NCBI GenBank assembly: GCA_038153405.1
Contig: JAYOYH010000035.1
Span: forward strand, 1-48,085
Direction of reading: 5' to 3'
Source of the DNA: Gemmatimonadota bacterium
GTDB lineage: Bacteria; Latescibacterota; UBA2968; UBA8231
DNA: 48,085 bases
Shown piece by piece: positions 7,474 to 16,247 of this stretch. Each line of letters opens with the position of its first letter. Position 1 is the first letter of the stretch. A program made the translations under genes and the position numbers. Below the pieces are notes generated by a model that was not told the DNA's origin, did not search any database, and was given only the letters and a program-made list of their open reading frames with translations.

Positions 7474-10128
7474 ATGCTGAATAGGATGCGAATATACGCG
7501 CTGGCAACCTGGGCCGTGCTAGCCCTGCCCAGCACACCGCTAAGCGCGCAGGACTACGGCACGCGTTTGGGGACCGTGCAGCGCGGCGGCAAGGTCTCGT
7601 TTGAACCGTCCGGGCCGGGTGTGCTCTTTGACGCGCTCGACCCGACGCTGCGGCGCTGGTACGTACCGCAAGCGCTCTACTCCGAATACCAGTGGAAGCA
7701 GTGGGAATACGCCAACTACGCGCGCGAAAACTATCAGCGCTACGTTTCGACCTCGCTGGAGGGCAATTTCTTCTACGACCTCTACGGCAACTTCGTCACG
7801 CGCGGCTGGCTGATCTACGACTGGCAAGAGCTCAGCCCCGAACCTTTTGGCAGTTCGCTGACCAAAACCTCGTTGTTCGGGCGCTGGTTTAACAACTTGG
7901 TAGTGGCATCCGACCACAAGGGGCAGTATCACTACGCCATCACCGTTGGCAACGAAATACGCACGACGCTGACGCCCATGACCTTTTCCAAGCCGCTGTT
8001 CAACGGCATACAGTGGGACTTTGCCACCGATAAGTACGAAGCGACGCTGTTGCTTTCGCGCATCAGCGATCCCAACTCGTTTATGGTTGGCGGCACGGCG
8101 CGGCAGCTGACCGACAATACCAATCTGGCCGGTGGACGCGTGACCGTGCAGGTGGGCGACTTCGTCAAACTCGGCGGCACCTTTGTCAACGCCCACCACA
8201 GCTATACGCGCGCCGAGGCATTCAGCGATGACCTCTTTAAGGGCAACCTTCTCGGCGCGCAGAACGAAGAACCCGTCGGCGCCATCTTCGTTCGCATACG
8301 CGATGATTCGCCAGAAGATGGCGAGGGCGGCGGAGCGCTTTTTGCCAGCGATATCGTGATAGAAAATCTGGCGGGCGAGGAAACGCGCGGCGCCGAAATC
8401 GGCTTCCGCGCCTCCATCGAAGGCGGCTTTCAGCGGCGTGGCTTCCTATCGGCCGACGGCAGCGAAGAGATCATCCTGACCTTTGACTTTGCCGATCCTA
8501 CCTATACCGGACCCGACGCGAGCCAGATTCGCCGAGTTGTATTGGAACTGGTGTTGGCTAACGACTACGCCGTAGAAATGGGATCCGATCGCCAGACCGC
8601 GCTCAACGGCGGCCGCGTTTACCTGCCTGTGGCACGGGCTTCAGGCAATGTGCAGGACGGATCAAACCAGCGCGTACTGGCCTTTGAATACGGCCTGCCA
8701 ACGGCCAATCAGATCGTCGGCTTTACGATGGAAATGACCGATCTGGAGGGAGTGGAAGCACACGTCGAGTACAATGTCAACCACCGCTATCGACAGTACC
8801 CCAATCCGCGCTTGAATATGCATAGCACCGCGAGCACGCGCGCCGACGCATGGACCGCGCAGCTATCCAAGCAGGCGTATCCGTTCTTTTTTTACGGCGA
8901 GGCTTTCGACGTCGATGACCACTACAGCACTTCCATGGACGTGGTCGATGAAAACGGCGCCATAGACTACAATCGCGATATACAGCGCTACGAATTTGTC
9001 GAGGACAACGACGACCAAGATCGGCGACCAGACTGGAAGCGCAAGGGCTGGAGTTTCGGCGATTTGGAAATCTTTCCTGGCTGGGATGAAAACAACGACT
9101 TTGTCTCCGATTTCAACCAAAACGACAACGAGATCAGCCCGAACCGCGTGCCCGATTACGACGAGCCCTTTCTGCGCTTCCGCACGGATCGACCCGAATT
9201 TCTCTACGGCGTCGATATGAACCACAACGGTACGATCGACCGCTTTGAAAACGACGAAGAAGCCGACTTGCCCTATCGGCGCAACCGCAAGGGATTCAAT
9301 GCCTACGGCGGGTTGTATGCCCACCCCGACGTGCGCCTGACCTTAGGCTGGATGCGCACGGGCGAAAAGGCGTCGGCCGGGCGCAATCGAGCGCTATACG
9401 CCCTTGCCACGGTCGATCACAGCTATCGACGCTTGGGGTGCGTTCAGCTGTTCCAAGATCTGCGCAACGTGCGCGATACGATCGCCGACGACCTAGTGCA
9501 GTGGCTGCAGCCGCCCAATTCGCGCGGCGATTTGTTCCCGGTGCCCGATGAGCTTCCAGCTCGAGATACGATCGTCAATACGACGTGGATGGGCTGGCAA
9601 GTCGAACCACTGCCCGGACTCCGCTTCGCCCATAAACTCAAGTGGCAGCGCCACCAGCAGTTGGCCAACGGCCGACAACTAGACCTAGCTGGAATGCGCC
9701 GCACGGCCTCGTTTCTCGGCGCGGTCAACCAGGTCGAATACCAGCTCAGCCTGAGCAAGCTCAGCCTGGTACCCGGCTGGAAGAGCGAGTATATTGACCG
9801 CACACCTGTGCTGCGCGGACGGGCGCGCCAGCGCGAGTGGAGCCAGTTCTTCATGCTGCTCACGCGCCTGCCCATCATGCGCCGCAGCACATTAGAGGGC
9901 GGCGTGGAGTACGAGATTTTCTCCCAGCTGCGCAATCCGCGCCCCCCGGGTGCCGAAGACTCGTTTAACGGCCTCGTCGCAGCCGTACAGCTAAACAACG
10001 TATCGGAATATTTGGGCTATCGGCTGACCACGCTGGCCGGCCTCCAGGTCACGCGGCGCAACTTTGAGATCGAGGGAACACAAACCAATACGCGCGGTTT
10101 TATGACCGTTTTTGCCGGAGTAGAATAG
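7474..10128 (+). CDS. Cassette 1 gene B2: large uncharacterised secreted protein, putative outer-membrane beta-barrel
   Basis: 884-aa ORF with GAGAGGA upstream. Signal peptide LSA-Q. N-terminus YGTRLGTVQRGGKVSF..GPGVLFDALDPT is nearly identical to that of 39644-42385. Same Asp/Asn core and beta-strand-rich C-terminus, ending MTVFAGVE. Confidence 0.75.
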   Translation: MLNRMRIYALATWAVLALPSTPLSAQDYGTRLGTVQRGGKVSFEPSGPGVLFDALDPTLRRWYVPQALYSEYQWKQWEYANYARENYQRYVSTSLEGNFFYDLYGNFVTRGWLIYDWQELSPEPFGSSLTKTSLFGRWFNNLVVASDHKGQYHYAITVGNEIRTTLTPMTFSKPLFNGIQWDFATDKYEATLLLSRISDPNSFMVGGTARQLTDNTNLAGGRVTVQVGDFVKLGGTFVNAHHSYTRAEAFSDDLFKGNLLGAQNEEPVGAIFVRIRDDSPEDGEGGGALFASDIVIENLAGEETRGAEIGFRASIEGGFQRRGFLSADGSEEIILTFDFADPTYTGPDASQIRRVVLELVLANDYAVEMGSDRQTALNGGRVYLPVARASGNVQDGSNQRVLAFEYGLPTANQIVGFTMEMTDLEGVEAHVEYNVNHRYRQYPNPRLNMHSTASTRADAWTAQLSKQAYPFFFYGEAFDVDDHYSTSMDVVDENGAIDYNRDIQRYEFVEDNDDQDRRPDWKRKGWSFGDLEIFPGWDENNDFVSDFNQNDNEISPNRVPDYDEPFLRFRTDRPEFLYGVDMNHNGTIDRFENDEEADLPYRRNRKGFNAYGGLYAHPDVRLTLGWMRTGEKASAGRNRALYALATVDHSYRRLGCVQLFQDLRNVRDTIADDLVQWLQPPNSRGDLFPVPDELPARDTIVNTTWMGWQVEPLPGLRFAHKLKWQRHQQLANGRQLDLAGMRRTASFLGAVNQVEYQLSLSKLSLVPGWKSEYIDRTPVLRGRARQREWSQFFMLLTRLPIMRRSTLEGGVEYEIFSQLRNPRPPGAEDSFNGLVAAVQLNNVSEYLGYRLTTLAGLQVTRRNFEIEGTQTNTRGFMTVFAGVE

Positions 10129-10129
10129 C

Positions 10130-11977
10130 GTGTATATACGGCGGAACATAGGTCGCGCCATCCCGGCGCTGGCCGCCTTACTGCTGCTGGCCGCGTGCAG
10201 CGACGAGGGCCGTCGGCTGATCGATACGACCTCTTCACCGGATGCAGTAGATCATTCTATCTTTGCCGATGCGGGACTAGAGAGAGCCGTGCGCTCGGCT
10301 TTGCAAATGCCTCGGGGCCCGATCGACCGAACGACGTTAGAGAATATTGAAGCGCTAGATGGCAGCCGTCGCGGCATTGCGAGCCTGCAGGGAATCGAAC
10401 AGCTGCGCGGTCTGAGACAGCTGCGCCTGGCGCACAACGAGATCCGCGACCCGACGCCGCTGAGTGCGCTCGATTCACTCACCGTACTCGACCTGTCCAA
10501 CAACGCACTCTTCAGCGCGGTAGCGCTTGCACAGCTCGTCCAACTAACGCACCTAAACCTCGACTTTAATCGCATTGCCTCGGTCGCGCCGCTAGCCCAG
10601 CTAGCCCTCCTAGAACTGCTCAACCTCAATGCCAATCGCGTCGCCGACATCGCCGCGCTGGCCAGACTACAGCGCCTGAAAACTGTCGAACTATCGGGTA
10701 ACCCGCTCAGCGCAGAGGCAATTGCTACCGACTTGCCGGCCCTAGTGCGGCGCGGCGTACAGGTCCACTTCTACCGCAGCGAAGGCGTCTTGCTAATACC
10801 CGACTTGCAGTTGGAAGCGCTGCTGCGACGCGTTACTAACAAGAATCTCGGCAACCTTACCCAAGACGACCTGAACCGCGTCGTGCGACTGACCATAGAG
10901 GGCAGCGATCGCATCAGCGATTTGCGCGGCATTGAAAGTCTAGTCAACCTGACTACGCTGCACATCAGCGACACGCGCGTGCCCAATGCCTTTCCCCTTG
11001 CTGGGCTGAATAAGCTGCGCACGCTTGAAATAAACAATACGCGTATTGAAGACGTGTCCTTTGTCACCGAATTGGTCGAACTGCGCACGCTCGCGCTAAA
11101 CAATACCGGCGTGGAAGACGTCGCGCCGCTGGCCAATCTGACCCAGCTGCAAACCCTCTCGCTCATCGGCAATAAAATCGGCGACCTGCAGCCGTTGGCC
11201 GGGCTGACGCGGCTGCTACGCCTCGAACTAACGCGCAACCGCATTCGCTCCATTCGCCCGCTGAGCGACCTGACCCGCCTGAACATTCTCAATGCCGCCG
11301 ACAACTCCATTGATGATCTATCTCCACTCAGTGGCCTTACGTCGCTCGATGCACTCGACCTCACGGCCAATTTCGTCGAAGACGTCTCTCCACTCAGTCC
11401 CCTAGATCGCTCGCTCAACCAGCTGATCTTGGCGGAGAACCGCATCGTCGACATACGGGGTATAGCGGCACTAAGCCGCATAATCCGACTGGACCTTTCC
11501 AACAACGCGCTCGTCGACATCGGCACGCTGAGTCGCCTGACGCGCCTGCGCGAACTCGACCTATCCGGTAACCGCATTGAGCGCATTGAAGCGCTGGCCC
11601 AACTGCCCCTGCGCGTGCTCGACCTGGCCAATAACCAGCTTGTCAACATCGCGCCGTTGGCCGAACTAAACCTGCTCACGTCCCTCTTTATTTTTAACAA
11701 TATGGTGAGCGATATTGCGCCGCTGGCCAATCTGCGGGGGCTCGAAATACTCGACCTATCGGTTAATCGCGTAAGCGACCTAACGCCCCTGGCCAACCTG
11801 GTTCAACTGCGCCGACTCAGCGCCATTGCCAACCGCATCGAGCAACTGACGCCGCTGCTCGAATTGGAAGACCTGCAGTTTGTCGCGCTTATCGGCAACC
11901 GCCTAAACGCACATGCCCTAAGCGTAGAAGTGGCGCAACTGCGCGCGCGCGGCGTGGAAGTCGTGCTCGGCGAATGA
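10130..11977 (+). CDS. Cassette 1 gene D: internalin-like leucine-rich repeat lipoprotein
   Basis: GTG start, lipobox LLAAC. Many 22-aa repeats of LxxLxLxxNxIxDIxPLxxL. Two helical caps (FADAGLERAVRSAL and IPDLQLEALLRR). Confidence 0.88.
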   Translation: MYIRRNIGRAIPALAALLLLAACSDEGRRLIDTTSSPDAVDHSIFADAGLERAVRSALQMPRGPIDRTTLENIEALDGSRRGIASLQGIEQLRGLRQLRLAHNEIRDPTPLSALDSLTVLDLSNNALFSAVALAQLVQLTHLNLDFNRIASVAPLAQLALLELLNLNANRVADIAALARLQRLKTVELSGNPLSAEAIATDLPALVRRGVQVHFYRSEGVLLIPDLQLEALLRRVTNKNLGNLTQDDLNRVVRLTIEGSDRISDLRGIESLVNLTTLHISDTRVPNAFPLAGLNKLRTLEINNTRIEDVSFVTELVELRTLALNNTGVEDVAPLANLTQLQTLSLIGNKIGDLQPLAGLTRLLRLELTRNRIRSIRPLSDLTRLNILNAADNSIDDLSPLSGLTSLDALDLTANFVEDVSPLSPLDRSLNQLILAENRIVDIRGIAALSRIIRLDLSNNALVDIGTLSRLTRLRELDLSGNRIERIEALAQLPLRVLDLANNQLVNIAPLAELNLLTSLFIFNNMVSDIAPLANLRGLEILDLSVNRVSDLTPLANLVQLRRLSAIANRIEQLTPLLELEDLQFVALIGNRLNAHALSVEVAQLRARGVEVVLGE

Positions 11978-13812
11978 AACGCATCGCACTATACCTCGTC
12001 GGCGCGCTGCTAGTCGGGTACGTCCAAGCACAGGCCCTCGATACGCTGCGGGTGGGGCGCGGCGCCGATCCCATGCGCTGGTCGTCTATTCTCGAGTCGG
12101 CCTCTTTTGTCGGGGTATCGGACGACTCGATCTGGACATGGACAACCGAGCGCGGGCAAAACCTCATTACCGGCCTGCGCGAGCGCGGCGGCCTCATCGC
12201 CGCCCAGATACAGGTATTGACGCCCGGCGGCTATGTCGATGCGCTGTCCGAGCGCGAACAATTGGCGCACTGGATCGACGGCGACGCGGCGACGGCCTGG
12301 GGGCCGGACAGCGACCTAGAGGTAGGACGGCGCGCCATCATCTACATCGACCTAGGCGCAACCTTTCGCGTCGACCGCATCCGCTTCTATCCGCGCCTAG
12401 ACAGCGACAATCGGGGGCTGTTGCTCAGCAGCTTTGCCCTGGCCAGCAGCGATGGGCAAGAAGGCTCGCCGCTCAACGCACCGTACCGCGCGCTGCCGGG
12501 CCTGAGTTTTTCCTCCTTTAACCCCAACCGCCAACCCGTCGTCGACGTGCGATTTGAGCGGCGCGACACCCGCTATATTCGGCTGATTTCACAAACCGGT
12601 GAACCTTGGGAACTAGCCGAGTTCGAGGTATACGCCGAGGGCACAATGCCGAGCGGCACGTTCACTTCCACACCGCTTTTTATACGCGGTGGCTATCCCA
12701 TCTGGGGGGCGATGTCATACGAGGGTGGCGATCTACAGGCGCTGCCCATTGTCGTGCAGACGCGCACGGGGCCAGACGAGGAGCCCCTGCATTATTTTCT
12801 TCAGCGCGGCGACGAGTTGGAGCGCGTTTCGGCCGAGGATTACTTCGACTTTAACCCACTTGATTTCTCCGGCGCGGCCGAGGTCGGATTGGGACCCATT
12901 CAGCCCAACCCGGAGTGGAGCCCGTGGCAGACGGTAACGGATGGGATCGTTCTATCACCAGCGCCGCGGCGCTATATTCAGTTTCGCGTCGAGATGACCG
13001 AACCGGGCACGGCAATCGAAAACTTTTTTATTGAGTATGTGCAGCAGCCGCTGGCCGATGAGCTAGTGGCCGAAGTCAGCCCGCTCGTCGTCGCGGCGGG
13101 CGCGCCGACCCAATTTACCCTATCTCTGCAGGTTCAACTCAACCACGGGCGCGGCGACACGGGCTTTCGCTACCTGCAGGTGCGCACGCCGGCCGCCGTC
13201 GATGGCGTGCTGGCGGTGCGCGTCGACGATAAAGACGCCGTATTCACGCCGCAGTATGACGAGAGGGGGTTTACCATTGACATATGGGAGCGCATCGCCC
13301 AGTCGGGTACGTTTATCCAAGTCGACTTCACGGCGACTGTGCTGCGAGACGGAACGACCTTTGAAGTGCGCGCGCTCGACGAACGCGCCGAAGATGGGCA
13401 AGTCGAATCCGTATACCAAACGGCGCGCCCGGGCGACGTCGATCCGCTATCGGTAGGCGGCGAACTGAGGGTGCGCTTGAGCGATGAGCGCAGTGCGCTG
13501 ATTAAAAACTTGGCAGCGCGTTCAACGACCATTACCCCCAACGGCGACGGCATAAACGACGCGCTGGAAGTTTCGTACAACCTGCTCAAGCTGACCGAAA
13601 ACGCCGCGGTATTCTTCCAAATATTCGATATGAGTGGAACGCTCGTGGCACGGGGAAGGAGCCTTGAGCGCAGCGGGCGCTTTGTCCGCGTGTGGCGCGG
13701 AGAAGACGGCAGCGGACGGCGCGTACCGCCAGGCATCTACCTATACCAGGTTGAAGTCGAGGCCGATATCGGCACGACCAGTCGGTTGGGCTCCGTGCGC
13801 GTCATCTACTAG
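11974..13812 (+). CDS. Cassette 1 gene E: secreted discoidin-like protein with C-terminal FlgD-Ig / T9SS type-B-like domain
   Basis: ATGA overlap with the LRR gene. Signal peptide. Motifs IDGDAATAW..YIDLG..RIRFYPRLDS and QTRTGPD..WSPW..SPAPRRYIQF. C-terminus TPNGDGIND..PPGIY..RVIY. Paralog of 33167-35035 and 36382-38217. Confidence 0.8.
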   Translation: MKRIALYLVGALLVGYVQAQALDTLRVGRGADPMRWSSILESASFVGVSDDSIWTWTTERGQNLITGLRERGGLIAAQIQVLTPGGYVDALSEREQLAHWIDGDAATAWGPDSDLEVGRRAIIYIDLGATFRVDRIRFYPRLDSDNRGLLLSSFALASSDGQEGSPLNAPYRALPGLSFSSFNPNRQPVVDVRFERRDTRYIRLISQTGEPWELAEFEVYAEGTMPSGTFTSTPLFIRGGYPIWGAMSYEGGDLQALPIVVQTRTGPDEEPLHYFLQRGDELERVSAEDYFDFNPLDFSGAAEVGLGPIQPNPEWSPWQTVTDGIVLSPAPRRYIQFRVEMTEPGTAIENFFIEYVQQPLADELVAEVSPLVVAAGAPTQFTLSLQVQLNHGRGDTGFRYLQVRTPAAVDGVLAVRVDDKDAVFTPQYDERGFTIDIWERIAQSGTFIQVDFTATVLRDGTTFEVRALDERAEDGQVESVYQTARPGDVDPLSVGGELRVRLSDERSALIKNLAARSTTITPNGDGINDALEVSYNLLKLTENAAVFFQIFDMSGTLVARGRSLERSGRFVRVWRGEDGSGRRVPPGIYLYQVEVEADIGTTSRLGSVRVIY

Positions 13813-13849
13813 GTCGACTGAGCGGGCACGGTTGGCGCCCAGCACACGT

Positions 13850-13878
13850 TTGTTTATCGCCGAGGGAACTCCTATCTT
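13850..13878 (+). promoter_or_regulatory. Candidate sigma70-type promoter for the first ABC transporter cluster
   Basis: TTGTTT (13850-13855), 17 nt spacer, TATCTT (13873-13878), within the 98-nt intergenic gap. AGGAG SD precedes ATG 13911. Confidence 0.35.
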
Positions 13879-13910
13879 GTAGGCCTGCTCTTCACCCGCA
13901 GGAGCCGCCG

Positions 13911-15389
13911 ATGAGCAAACGCACTCCGGTGCGCGGCTGGGACCGCAACTGGCCTGCCGCCGCCGCTTTCCTAGCGCCGAACTTCCTCGGATTCCTCTGC
14001 TTTACGCTCTCTCCCGTTCTGCTGTCCTTTGCCATGGCCTTTCACCACTGGACTCTGCGTCCCAGTGAAAAGGCGCAGTTCGTTGGCCTGCGCAACTTTG
14101 CCGATGTGCTCGGCGTGCGCGCGCTCGACACACCGCACAACGCTTTACTCATCCTCTACACCGCCTGCGCACTGGCGCTGGCAGCCGGGCTGATCGGCCT
14201 GCTCCTTGCCAACGTGCACGCGTGGCGCGGCACGCGCATTGGGGGCACCGCGGTGTGGGCAACGGGATTGGCGTTGGTCTGCGGTGCCGTCGCAAGCGGG
14301 GCGGCAGGGCACAGCGGCGCGCTGGCGTTTTGGTTCAGCGAGGGCGGCCAGGGGATATTCTTTGCCGGCCTACTGCTCCTGTTGTGCGGAGCGGCCGTCG
14401 CCGCGCGCGAAGACGGAGCGTGGAATTGGGGCGTGGGCGCTCTACCGGGCGTGGCTATCGCGCTGGCTGTCTTGGGGCTATGGCAGTTAGACGGCGCCAT
14501 GTGGTCGGCCTACGAACCACGCGACGCGCGCTTTTGGTATTACTTCTACAACACCCTCTTCCTCATGATGGGCTTGCCCGCGGCCGTGGGCGGCGCGCTC
14601 GCGCTGGCCCTGCTGCTCAATGAGGAATTGCCGCTCGGCACGTGGCGCCAGCGCCTCCCGGGCGCGCTGACCTGCCTGGGACTGGCCCTGCTGTGCGCCG
14701 TGCTGGGCTTTGGCCTCGGCTGGAAAAACATCGGCCTGCTCGCCGCGCTGATCTGGCTCTTTGCCGGACTGGGCTTTCTCTTCAACATCGTCACGTTCCG
14801 CACCATCTTTTACCTACCGCAGTTCACCTCCGGCGTCGCCGTCTTCATCCTGTGGAAATCGCTCTACCGGCCCGAAACCGGACCCATCAACATCGGGTTG
14901 GAAGCCGGCTTTGACGCACTCGGCCTAGCGCTATTGGCGCCGTCCTGGCTGGCCGAAATCGCCTGGGCTAAATCGGCCATTCTGGCAATGGGCGTGTGGA
15001 TCTTTATCGGCGGGCAAAATATGCTGCTCTACCTGGCCGCCCTCTCCAACGTGCCGCAGGAGCTGCTGGAGGCCGCCTCCATTGACGGGGCCAGCCGCTG
15101 GCAGCGCTTTCGCCACGTGACCTGGCCTCAGTTGGCCCCGACGACGTTCTTTATCACGGTCGTCTCCGTAATTGGCGGCCTGCAGGGCGGCTTCGAGCAG
15201 GCGCGCGTAATGACGGGCGGCGGCCCGGCCGGCTCGACGACGGCGCTCAGTTACTACATTTACAACAAGATGTTCCAAGACCTCGACATGGGCTATGCCG
15301 CAGCTATTTCCTGGGTCCTATTCGCCTTTATCTTCCTAGCTACGGCGCTCAACTGGCGCTTTGGACGCGATCAGGAAGTAGACCTGTGA
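13911..15389 (+). CDS. Carbohydrate ABC transporter permease (CUT1, MalF/UgpA-like) with extra transmembrane insertions
   Basis: FLAPNFLGF start, FVGLRNF, FRTIFYLP and EAA loop ELLEAASIDGASRWQRFRHVTWP. Ends MGYAAAISW. At 492 aa it is much longer than a typical ~300-aa subunit. Confidence 0.9.
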   Translation: MSKRTPVRGWDRNWPAAAAFLAPNFLGFLCFTLSPVLLSFAMAFHHWTLRPSEKAQFVGLRNFADVLGVRALDTPHNALLILYTACALALAAGLIGLLLANVHAWRGTRIGGTAVWATGLALVCGAVASGAAGHSGALAFWFSEGGQGIFFAGLLLLLCGAAVAAREDGAWNWGVGALPGVAIALAVLGLWQLDGAMWSAYEPRDARFWYYFYNTLFLMMGLPAAVGGALALALLLNEELPLGTWRQRLPGALTCLGLALLCAVLGFGLGWKNIGLLAALIWLFAGLGFLFNIVTFRTIFYLPQFTSGVAVFILWKSLYRPETGPINIGLEAGFDALGLALLAPSWLAEIAWAKSAILAMGVWIFIGGQNMLLYLAALSNVPQELLEAASIDGASRWQRFRHVTWPQLAPTTFFITVVSVIGGLQGGFEQARVMTGGGPAGSTTALSYYIYNKMFQDLDMGYAAAISWVLFAFIFLATALNWRFGRDQEVDL

Positions 15390-16243
15390 ATCGTCTCGGC
15401 ACATCGGCGCGCGCGCGCTTTGGCGCGCTAAGTTTGGTCGGCTTCCTGTTGGCTCTGCCCTTTGTGTGGATGACCGGCGCCTCGCTCAAATCGCGCGCCG
15501 AGATCGAAGCCGGCGGCGTGCACATCGTGCCCGAAGCAGTCCATGCGCAAAACTATCCCGTGCTCTTTGGCCAAGAGCCCGAGCCGGTGACCGGTCAAAA
15601 GCTGGAGCTCAAATTTGGCCGCTGGTTTTTCAACAGCCTATTTATCGCCTTTTCCAACACGCTGATTCAGGTGCTCACCTCTGCGCTGGCCGCCTTTGCC
15701 TTTGCCCGACTCGAGTGGCGCGGACGCGACAGCGTCTTTCTGCTCTATCTGGCGACGATGATGATTCCCGGCCTGACGCTGATGATTCCCAACTTCCAGA
15801 TCATGGTTTGGCTCGGCTTTCTCAACAGCTACCACGGGCTGATCATTCCCGCCTCGTTTAGCGCCTTTGGCACCTTCCTGCTGCGCCAGTTTATGCTCGG
15901 CATTCCCCGTGCACTTGACGAGGCGGCGCATATCGACGGGGCCAGCAAGTGGACGGTCTTTACCGACGTAACGCTGCCGCTGGCCCGGCCGGGCCTAATC
16001 GCCTTGGCGCTGATCACCTTTATTTTCCAATACCAGCAGTTTTTCTGGCCGCTGATCATGCTCAACGACCAGCAGTACTACCCGCTGCCGGTCGGCCTAT
16101 TGGAGCTCGATTCGACCTACGGCCAGCAGACCGAGCTCATCATGGCAGCAGCTACCATCACCGTGACACCGCTCATCGTGCTCTTTGTCGTCTTTCAAAA
16201 ATTTCTCGTCCGCGGTATACAGTTGGGCGGCGTGAAAGGCTAG
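15386..16243 (+). CDS. Carbohydrate ABC transporter permease (CUT1, MalG/UgpE-like)
   Basis: GTGA overlap. AAFAFARL, EAA loop ALDEAAHIDGAS, C-terminus FQKFLVRGIQLGGVKG. Confidence 0.92.
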   Translation: MNRLGTSARARFGALSLVGFLLALPFVWMTGASLKSRAEIEAGGVHIVPEAVHAQNYPVLFGQEPEPVTGQKLELKFGRWFFNSLFIAFSNTLIQVLTSALAAFAFARLEWRGRDSVFLLYLATMMIPGLTLMIPNFQIMVWLGFLNSYHGLIIPASFSAFGTFLLRQFMLGIPRALDEAAHIDGASKWTVFTDVTLPLARPGLIALALITFIFQYQQFFWPLIMLNDQQYYPLPVGLLELDSTYGQQTELIMAAATITVTPLIVLFVVFQKFLVRGIQLGGVKG

Positions 16244-16247
16244 GCGC

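Noticed and set aside
10771..11796. 341-aa minus-strand ORF, and similar Ser/Arg-rich ORFs opposite the other LRR genes
   Set aside because: Antisense shadows of Leu-rich repeats in GC-rich DNA, with no protein motifs.
10130..11977. LRR genes as a CRISPR-like array, DGR target or Listeria-type virulence internalins
   Set aside because: The repeats are degenerate at DNA level. There is no reverse transcriptase, cas gene or LPxTG anchor.
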